A stretch of DNA of 64,000 nucleotides from Gemmatimonadaceae bacterium (GTDB lineage: Bacteria > Gemmatimonadota > Gemmatimonadetes > Gemmatimonadales > Gemmatimonadaceae): contig JBBDYC010000017.1 of assembly GCA_040901985.1 (NCBI GenBank), positions 96,001-160,000 of the forward strand, given 5' to 3'. The notes beneath the pieces were generated by a model. That model did no database searches. It was not told where the DNA came from and saw nothing but the letters and a program-made list of their open reading frames with translations. Positions 57,087 to 64,000 of this stretch are shown here, piece after piece. Numbering within the stretch: position 1 is the first letter of the stretch; each line of letters starts with the position of its first letter. Position numbers and translations under genes: made by a program.

Positions 57087-59114
57087 TCAGCCGATGCCCG
57101 CCAGCCGGTCGTGGACGGCGAGGGCGTTGGCCGGCCGGGCGGCCGGCTCCTTCGCGAGCATCTCGACGATCAGCGCGTCGAGCGCCGGCGGCACATCCGG
57201 GTTGAGCGTGCGCGGCGGCACGGGAACGTCCTCCAGCAGTCGGGCAATCAGCTGGTACGGCGTCTCCGCGGTGATCGGCGGCTTGCCGGTCACGCATTCG
57301 TAGAGCACGCAGCCGGCCGAGTAGATGTCGGCGCGCGCATCGAGTTCCTTCCCCATCACCTGTTCGGGCGACATGTACTCCGGCGTCCCGACGATCATCC
57401 CCGCCTGCGTGACGCCGGACTGTTCGGGGCGCGTCGCCAGCCGCGCGATGCCGAAGTCCATCACCTTCAGCACACCGTTTGGCTCGACGACCATGTTGTG
57501 CGGCTTGATGTCGCGGTGGATCACCCCCTGCTCGTGGGCGATCTCCAGCGCACGGGCGAGCTGCTTGCCGACCGAGAGGGCGACCGCCACCGGCACCTTC
57601 CCCCGCAGCTTGATCAGGTCCCGCAGCGAGCGCCCTTCGACGTACTCCATCGTGATGTAGTAGATGCCCCCGCTCTCGCCGAGGTCGTGCGTCCGCACGA
57701 CGTTCCGGTGCGAGATTCGCCGGGCCAGCCGGATCTCACTCTTGAAGCGTTCGAGCGCCGTCGGATCCTGGTCGAGGAAGTCGCCCTTCAGCGTCTTGAT
57801 CGCGATGACCTCGCCGAGTTCGGTGTCCACCGCCTTGAACACGGTGCCCATTCCGCCCTCGCCCAGGATCTCCTTCACCTCGTAGCGGCCGGCGAACCGA
57901 CTCCCCGGCACCAGGCCCTCGGCGGCGATCCGCTGTTGGCTCGTCCCCGTCATTGCCGGAAGTTGGACCGTCTTCGCCTGCTCGGCGCCGCTGAGGAACT
58001 CCACCAGCTGCTGTTTCTCGCGCAGGTCGGCGAGCAGCTGGCGGAAGGCGGAGGCCAGCGCGCCGATCTCGTCCCGTGACGTGGCGGTGATCTCGGCCGC
58101 GTAGTCGCCGTCCGACGCACGGCGCGCGGCGGCGGCAAGCTTGGCCACCGGGCGCGTCACCCAGCGCGCGACGAGGAGCGAGAAGAGGGCGGCGAAGACG
58201 ATTCCCAGCCCGCCGCTGAGGAAGATGGTCCGCTGCAACTGGTTGAAGGCGGCGAACTCGGCCGCCCGATTGCGCAGCAGGACGAAGCCGCCCAGCGGGA
58301 AGCCTCCCGCCGACCGGAGGATTCCTCCGGCCGCGACGTTCCGCTGGCCGGCGAGCTCGATCTCGATCAACGAATCGGTCGCCATCGAGGACAGCGCGGC
58401 GTGGAGCGGTTCGAGCGCCGCGTCGAGTTCCGGTCCACTTGGCACCGTCGAACCCGAGACAAGCGGCGCGTCGTGCTCATCGAGGAGGTAGAACAGTACG
58501 TCAATCTCGGTCGCCGCCTGCTGCCTGATGATTCCGGCGAACGCCGCGTCCACGTTGCGCGCCGCCATCAGCGCGCCATAGACCCGACTGTCGTCGGCGA
58601 TCGGAACGACGGCCACCTGCACGAGCATCGTGTCGCCGCTGACGCCGAACCCGGTGACCAGCGAGCCCTCGAGCGCATTGCCGAACGCCGGCGAGTGCGC
58701 GAGCGTGTCCGCCTCCGCCTGCGGTTCGTCGCTCTTCGCGAGGCGAATCCCCTCGGCGTCAACGATCTGCACCCAGTCGGCGCCGATCTGCTCGGTCGCC
58801 ACGACCGACTGGTCGAGGACGTCGCTGAACCGCCGCTGGCGGACAACGTCGCGGAAGTTCGGGTTGCTGGCGAAGACGTCGGCCGAGTTGAGCAGGCCCT
58901 CGACCCGCCCGCTGAGCTGCGCGTTCAGCGCCTCGCGCGCCGAGCCAAGCACGCGGTGCACCGACGCGTCCGCCGCCGCCGTCGCCGAGCGCGCTGTGAC
59001 CGCCAGCGTCACGCCGAGAATCACCACGACGACCACCGCCGTGCCGACGAAGACCTTGAGTGTGAGACTGAGGCCGCGCGAACTCACGTGGGTGGGGTCA
59101 GAATGACGGGGCAC
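57087..59114 (-). CDS. Membrane sensor Ser/Thr kinase: TM - periplasmic domain - TM - HAMP - Hanks kinase
   Basis: HAMP (TRPVAKL..SRDEIGALASAF), GEGGMG, AIK, HRDIKPHN, DFG and GTPEYMSPE motifs. Confidence 0.93.
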   Translation of the reverse strand: MPRHSDPTHVSSRGLSLTLKVFVGTAVVVVVILGVTLAVTARSATAAADASVHRVLGSAREALNAQLSGRVEGLLNSADVFASNPNFRDVVRQRRFSDVLDQSVVATEQIGADWVQIVDAEGIRLAKSDEPQAEADTLAHSPAFGNALEGSLVTGFGVSGDTMLVQVAVVPIADDSRVYGALMAARNVDAAFAGIIRQQAATEIDVLFYLLDEHDAPLVSGSTVPSGPELDAALEPLHAALSSMATDSLIEIELAGQRNVAAGGILRSAGGFPLGGFVLLRNRAAEFAAFNQLQRTIFLSGGLGIVFAALFSLLVARWVTRPVAKLAAAARRASDGDYAAEITATSRDEIGALASAFRQLLADLREKQQLVEFLSGAEQAKTVQLPAMTGTSQQRIAAEGLVPGSRFAGRYEVKEILGEGGMGTVFKAVDTELGEVIAIKTLKGDFLDQDPTALERFKSEIRLARRISHRNVVRTHDLGESGGIYYITMEYVEGRSLRDLIKLRGKVPVAVALSVGKQLARALEIAHEQGVIHRDIKPHNMVVEPNGVLKVMDFGIARLATRPEQSGVTQAGMIVGTPEYMSPEQVMGKELDARADIYSAGCVLYECVTGKPPITAETPYQLIARLLEDVPVPPRTLNPDVPPALDALIVEMLAKEPAARPANALAVHDRLAGIG

Positions 59115-59813
59115 TCAGTAGCGGTCGCGACCGGTTCGGTCGTACTCGCGGCCGAACTTGTTCTTGTGTTGGGCAAACCGGAATCCGCGCGCGTCGAGTT
59201 GCGCGTCGGCGCCGCTCCGCCCGCCGGTGGCCACCACGAGCTCCTGCACCACTTCGCTCGCGCGTTCGTGCCATACGTGCAGCGCGTACGTCCCCGCCGG
59301 CACGTTCTCGATGGTCCAGCGGCCGTCATTTCCCGCCTGCGTATACCAGGGCGTCGGCGCCACCACGACGTATGCCGTCATCCGTGGATGGATGTTGCAG
59401 TACACGGGGTACGCCCCGCCGCGCCGGAACAGCGTCTCCTCGGACCGCCCCGACGGATAGAGCCCGAGGTCGAACACCGCGCCCGGCGTGGTCGAGAAGA
59501 TGTTGTGGCTGAACGGGTCCTGGTTCGGGAACTCCACGCGGCTCCCCGGCGTGACCACGATCACGCGCGGCACGAAGGCGCGGCCGTTCATCGCGATGGC
59601 CGCGCGGCCCGCGCGCGTGCGCGGACTCGCGCTATCGGTCCGTACAAGGTAAATAATGGTGGTGCCGAGGTCGGTGGTCTGTTCGCCCGGCCGCTCCTGG
59701 AGCGTCACACGACCGGCCACGGCGCCCTGCGCCAACGCCGGCGCCGGCGCCCAGAGCGCGGCAATCGCGACAGTGCCGAAGATCAGAACTCGGTGGCTGC
59801 GGTCCATCGTCAA
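59115..59813 (-). CDS. Secreted cupredoxin-like / carboxypeptidase-regulatory-like domain protein
   Basis: Signal peptide, FVPRVIVV..FPNQDPFSHNIFS, YCNIHPRM and VPAGTY..VWHE motifs. Confidence 0.82.
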   Translation of the reverse strand: MTMDRSHRVLIFGTVAIAALWAPAPALAQGAVAGRVTLQERPGEQTTDLGTTIIYLVRTDSASPRTRAGRAAIAMNGRAFVPRVIVVTPGSRVEFPNQDPFSHNIFSTTPGAVFDLGLYPSGRSEETLFRRGGAYPVYCNIHPRMTAYVVVAPTPWYTQAGNDGRWTIENVPAGTYALHVWHERASEVVQELVVATGGRSGADAQLDARGFRFAQHKNKFGREYDRTGRDRY

Positions 59814-59866
59814 CGCTCCCCCTCGTTTGCGGCGTATCCGGCGCCGACCTTCCTCAGGATACCCTT

Positions 59867-61153
59867 ATGCCGAATGTTTCGCAAAAACCGCATCGCCGAC
59901 TCATCGCCGCACTCTTCCTCGGGGTGATCGCCGTTGCGCCGGCCGGCGCCCAGACGCCGACCCGCAACGAGGTGGATTCGCTGACGATGCGCCTTGAGGA
60001 CGCCGAGGCGATGATCCAGATGCTGCGCACGCAGCTCGGCACGGAGGCCGCCAGCACGGTCCGCAGCCGCTCGCGGATGACCGTCGAGCTCTCCGGCCGC
60101 GTCCTGATGAACGTCTTCCAGAACTCCAAGGAGACGAACAACGCCGATGTGCCGATGTACCGGAAGCAGGTCCCCGACGGCAGCCCTAAGGGCGGGATGG
60201 GCATGGCAATCCGCCAGACGACGCTCGGCCTCGCCGTCTCGGCGCCTGACGTCCTCGGTGGGCACTTTCTGGGCGACCTCGACGCGGATTTCTTCGGCGG
60301 CCAGTTCCTGAGCCCCGGCGGCCGCACGCACCCGGTGCTCCGGATCCGCACCGCCCGCGCGATCGTTGAGTGGCAGCAGTCCCAGCTGTTGATCGGGCAG
60401 GAGCAGCCGCTGATCGCCGGGTTGAATCCGGTCAGTCTCTCGGCCGTCGGCGTACCGCTCTTCTCCTACTCGGGAAACCTCTGGCTCTGGTTGCCGCAGA
60501 TCCGCGCCGGCTGGCACACGGAGGGCCGGATGCGCGTCGGCGTCCAGGCGGCGGCGTTGGCGCCGACCACCGGCGACACCGTCGGCGAGTTCAACACCTT
60601 GGTGGATCAGGCCGAGCGCTCGGGGATGCCGTTCCTGCAGGCGAGAGCGCATCTCTCGTGGGGCAGCGACGAAAATGCGGGAGAGTTCGGCATCGGCTAT
60701 CACACCGGCCAGATACACGACGTCAACGAGGACGCGCACCCGAGCACGGCAATCGCCGCCGACTTTCTCGTGCCGTTCGCCTCGCGGTTCGAGCTGCGCG
60801 GCGAGTTCTACAGCGGCCAGCTCCTCAAGGGCCTGGGCGGCGGCGCCATCGGACAGAACTTCGGTGTCGGTGGCACGACGCCCGTCCGTGCCATCGGCGG
60901 CTGGGCGCAGGTCAATGTCCGGTTGACGCCCCGGCTCCTCGTCGGCGCTGGGTACGGCCTCGACGACCCGAATGACGATGACCTCGACCCCACCGGCACC
61001 CGGTTCCTGAACACGACCACCGAGGCGCACCTGCATTGGCGGCCGGCCGGCCCGCTGGTCTTCGGGCTCGAGTACCGCACGATCCGCACGCGCTACGACG
61101 CCAGCGACTACCCCAACACGCACATCAACCTGGCGTTCGGCTTCGAGTTCTAG
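59867..61153 (+). CDS. Outer-membrane porin-like protein (DcaP-like)
   Basis: Signal peptide, N-terminal coiled coil, amphipathic strands (DADFFGG, LRIRTA) and a C-terminal FGFEF. Confidence 0.75.
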   Translation: MPNVSQKPHRRLIAALFLGVIAVAPAGAQTPTRNEVDSLTMRLEDAEAMIQMLRTQLGTEAASTVRSRSRMTVELSGRVLMNVFQNSKETNNADVPMYRKQVPDGSPKGGMGMAIRQTTLGLAVSAPDVLGGHFLGDLDADFFGGQFLSPGGRTHPVLRIRTARAIVEWQQSQLLIGQEQPLIAGLNPVSLSAVGVPLFSYSGNLWLWLPQIRAGWHTEGRMRVGVQAAALAPTTGDTVGEFNTLVDQAERSGMPFLQARAHLSWGSDENAGEFGIGYHTGQIHDVNEDAHPSTAIAADFLVPFASRFELRGEFYSGQLLKGLGGGAIGQNFGVGGTTPVRAIGGWAQVNVRLTPRLLVGAGYGLDDPNDDDLDPTGTRFLNTTTEAHLHWRPAGPLVFGLEYRTIRTRYDASDYPNTHINLAFGFEF

Positions 61154-62363
61154 TTTTCGTTTTTTCGTTCTCGAGGTCGGCGACGACAAGGCGGACGGCG
61201 ATCCCGCCATTGCTCGTCTGCAGGATCTCACGGAACGGAAGTGCCGTCGCGGCATCGAGGGCGCGGTCGGCGGAGAGGAGCGCCACGCGCCAGCCGGCGC
61301 ACCGCTCGCGCGCGACCTGCCCGAAGCGCGCAAAGAGGTCGCGCAGCGCGGCTGGGTCGCCGACGCGCACGCCGTACGGCGGATTCGCGACCAAGAGCCC
61401 CGGCCCCTCCGGCACCTCGAGCGCCGAGAGCGCGCGCTGCGCGAAGGCAATGTCGGCGGCGACGCCGGCCCGCTCGGCGTTCGCCCGCGCCGCCTCGATC
61501 GCGCCCGCATCGCGGTCCGACCCGAGGATCGGCGCGGGCGCCGCCGGGAGGATCCGTCGGCGCGCCGTCGCGCGCGCCGCTGCCCAATCGGAGGCGTCGG
61601 ACTCCGGCCAGCGCTCGGCGGCAAAGCGTCGCCCGAGTCCCGGGGCAATCCGCCGCGCGCGCGTCGCCGCCTCGATCGCGATCGTCCCGGCGCCACAGAG
61701 CGGGTCCACCAGCGGCGTTTGCGTGTCCCACTCGACGGCCGCAAGCATCGCCGCGGCGAGTGTCTCCCGCAGCGGCGCGCGCCCGACGGCCTGACGATAG
61801 CCGCGGCGGTGCAGCAGCTCGCCCGACGCGTCGGCGCTGATCGTGCACTGGTCGTGATCGAGACGGATCACGAAGATCTGCGGCGGTTCGGCGGCGGCCG
61901 CGGCGGCAATCGGCGACTGGGAATCGTCGCCCAACTCCGTGTCTTCGTCCCCGTCGGCCGATTCGAGTCGCGCCGCCGGCACGGCGCGCGCGATCGCCGC
62001 CCCCACGCGCTCGGCCACCGCATCGGAGTGATACAGCTTCGACTTGCGGCAGGTCACGCGCAGCCGCACCGCCGCGCCCTCGGCGCAAAAGCGTCCCCAT
62101 TCCACTCGCCGCGCCTCGCGCTCGAGTTCGCGGAACGTCGTCGCACGGAAGCTCGCCAGTCGCACGACCACACGGCTCGCGACGCGCAGCGAGAGCTGCG
62201 CGCGCGCCAACCCCAGCGCATCACAGCGAAACGACACGCCGCCCGTCTCCGGCGCGATCCGCGACACGCCGAGCTGTCGGAGTTCGGCGGCGACGAGCGG
62301 CTCGAGTCCGGGCGCCGCAACGGCCCAGGCGTCGTACGGGAGGGCGGCGCGCGCGGTGGACAC
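61125..62363 (-). CDS. THUMP-domain RNA methyltransferase (RlmL-like)
   Basis: PGLE, SGELLHRRGYR, APLRETLAAA, DPLCGAGT and NPPYG motifs. Confidence 0.9.
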   Translation of the reverse strand: MSTARAALPYDAWAVAAPGLEPLVAAELRQLGVSRIAPETGGVSFRCDALGLARAQLSLRVASRVVVRLASFRATTFRELEREARRVEWGRFCAEGAAVRLRVTCRKSKLYHSDAVAERVGAAIARAVPAARLESADGDEDTELGDDSQSPIAAAAAAEPPQIFVIRLDHDQCTISADASGELLHRRGYRQAVGRAPLRETLAAAMLAAVEWDTQTPLVDPLCGAGTIAIEAATRARRIAPGLGRRFAAERWPESDASDWAAARATARRRILPAAPAPILGSDRDAGAIEAARANAERAGVAADIAFAQRALSALEVPEGPGLLVANPPYGVRVGDPAALRDLFARFGQVARERCAGWRVALLSADRALDAATALPFREILQTSNGGIAVRLVVADLENEKTKTRTRSRTPG

Positions 62364-62383
62364 CACCGCAATCTATGGCGCGC

Positions 62384-63076
62384 TCAGCGCGCGGCGGGTG
62401 TCGGCGGCGGCGGTGTCGCCGCAACGGCGGCGCGGCGGCGCGACTCCCGCCACCGCCAGCCGAGCAGCGCCGCGAAGATCAGCGCGAAGACCAGCGGCTC
62501 CCGCACGTCGAGCTTCACCGCCATCCAGAAGTGCACGACCCCGAGCGCGGCGATCACGTAGATCGCCTTGTGCAGCTGCTTCCATCGCTTGCCGAGGCGC
62601 GCCATCATCTTCTTCGTTGACGTGACTGCGAGCGCGCTCAACAGGAGGAACGCCGCCATCCCGATCGTGATGAACGGACGCTTCACGATGTCCGTCCAGA
62701 TCTCGTCCCACCCGACGAGGTCGTCAATCACCACCTGCATGTCGAGCAGCGCCCAAGTCAGGACGTGGAGCACCGCGTAACTGAAGGTGAAGAGCCCGAG
62801 CGTCCGGCGGTGCCTGGCGAGCCAGTTCCATCCGGTGATCCCCCGCAGTGGCGTCACCGTCAGCGTCAGGACCAGCATCCGCAGCGTCCAGTTGCCGAAG
62901 AGGTGCTCGGCCTCCTTGATCGGATCCGACCCGAGGTGGCGCGTGCCGCCAACGAAAAAGAGGTCGGAGAGCACGGCGTAGGCGATCCAGGACGCCGGCA
63001 ACAGCGCGAGGACGAACAGCACGACGCCGAAACCGCGCGGCTGGTGGTCGAGACCCCCCAGCGGCGAGCGCGCCAT
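62384..63076 (-). CDS. msrQ: Heme-binding membrane subunit of the Msr system
   Basis: TVTPLR, RRTLGL..Y..LH, KRPFITIG and WKQLHKAIY..H motifs. Confidence 0.92.
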   Translation of the reverse strand: MARSPLGGLDHQPRGFGVVLFVLALLPASWIAYAVLSDLFFVGGTRHLGSDPIKEAEHLFGNWTLRMLVLTLTVTPLRGITGWNWLARHRRTLGLFTFSYAVLHVLTWALLDMQVVIDDLVGWDEIWTDIVKRPFITIGMAAFLLLSALAVTSTKKMMARLGKRWKQLHKAIYVIAALGVVHFWMAVKLDVREPLVFALIFAALLGWRWRESRRRAAVAATPPPPTPAAR

Positions 63077-64000
63077 CAGTAGTTGCGGCGGAGATCCAGT
63101 CCCGAGTACAGCGACGCCACCTGATCCGCGTAGCCGTTGAACATCAGTGTCGGCCGGCGGCGGAATTCGCCGATCCGCCGCTCCGTCGCCTGGCTCCACC
63201 GCGGGTGGTCCACCGTCGGGTTCACGTTCGCGTAGAACCCGTACTCGTTTGGCGCGGCAATCGCCCACGCCGTGCGCGGCATCGTCTCCACGAAGCGCAT
63301 CCGCACGATGCTCTTCACACCCTTGAAGCCGTACTTCCACGGCACCACGAGGCGGAGCGGCGCGCCGTTCTGGTTCGGAAGATCCTTGCCGTACACGCCC
63401 GTGGCGAGGAGCGTCAGCGGGTGCATCGCCTCGTCGAGCCGCAGGCCCTCGACGTACGGCCACTCAAGGATCGGGAGCCGCTGGCCGGGCATCTGCTGCG
63501 GATCGTGGAGCGTCGTCAGCTCCACGAAGCGCGCCCGCGACGTCGGCTTGGCCCGCGCGATCACGTCGGCCATCGGGATCCCGCGCCAGGGGATGACCAT
63601 TGACCACGCCTCCACGCACCGCATCCGGTAAATCCGATCCTCCATCCGCGACGGCTTGAGGAAGTCCTCCAACGCGTAATCGCCGGGCTTCTCGCAGAGG
63701 CCCTCCACCTTCACCGTCCACGGCCGCGTGCGGAAGCTCTGCGCGTTTGCCTTCGGGTCGTCCTTCCCGGTGCCGAACTCGTAGAAGTTGTTGTAGCCGG
63801 TGACGTCCACTTCCGGCGTCGGCGTGTCGTTCGGCTGGAGGCCGTACGGCGTGCCGAGCGATCCCTGCGCCGCGCCCTGTCCCTGCGCGGCCACCGCGTC
63901 GTGGGCGTAGAGCAGCCGCGCGCCGACAATCCCCGCGCCGAGCACGCCCGCCGCGGCGAGAAACGTGCGTCGGTCGAAGTACGCCGACTCCGGCGTGATC
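63076..64000 (-). CDS. msrP: Molybdopterin protein-methionine-sulfoxide reductase catalytic subunit (5' end beyond the window)
   Basis: Tat motif [26 protein letters not shown] and [15 protein letters not shown] motifs. Confidence 0.95.
   Translation of the reverse strand, partial: ITPESAYFDRRTFLAAAGVLGAGIVGARLLYAHDAVAAQGQGAAQGSLGTPYGLQPNDTPTPEVDVTGYNNFYEFGTGKDDPKANAQSFRTRPWTVKVEGLCEKPGDYALEDFLKPSRMEDRIYRMRCVEAWSMVIPWRGIPMADVIARAKPTSRARFVELTTLHDPQQMPGQRLPILEWPYVEGLRLDEAMHPLTLLATGVYGKDLPNQNGAPLRLVVPWKYGFKGVKSIVRMRFVETMPRTAWAIAAPNEYGFYANVNPTVDHPRWSQATERRIGEFRRRPTLMFNGYADQVASLYSGLDLRRNY

Noticed and set aside
61125..61153. Convergent 3' overlap of the porin and methyltransferase genes
   Set aside because: It is a short low-complexity tail extension, which is common and probably neutral.
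3650..63631. Many long alternative-frame or antisense ORFs (e.g. 3650..5230+, 6459..8528+, 15506..17956+, 40857..42893-, 59810..61744-)
   Set aside because: They are Arg/Pro/Ala-rich shadows of well-supported genes in high-GC DNA, with no motifs.

Overview
High-GC bacterial chromosomal segment. The gene set and protein style suggest Gemmatimonadota, which is an inference and not a database result. Most of it is core metabolism: gyrA, sucB-lpdA, sucA, rnhA, thyX, an atypical EF-G, rho, nadBAC, mlaED, msrPQ, peptidases and three tandem amidohydrolases. Mobile DNA consists of an intact IS5-family (IS427-like) element in an atypical left-end segment, which is bounded by a tyrosine-recombinase-like site, and a 363-aa HNH-endonuclease intein inside the ThyX active-site motif. 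The best candidate for an undescribed system is at about 31.6-35.9 kb. There, a cytoplasmic TPR-like protein converges on an unannotated 39-aa lipoprotein-signal micropeptide. The peptide gene is divergent from an AraC regulator across 21-bp-spaced direct repeats and is followed by a stand-alone receiver and a stand-alone HisKA-like protein. This resembles a Rap/Phr (RRNPP)-style peptide-signalling cassette. Other observations are a probable CTG start for nadB, pervasive TANNNT-N6-start (leaderless-type) promoters, and a porin/cupredoxin-like/HAMP-Ser/Thr-kinase module. No rRNA, tRNA or CRISPR array was seen.
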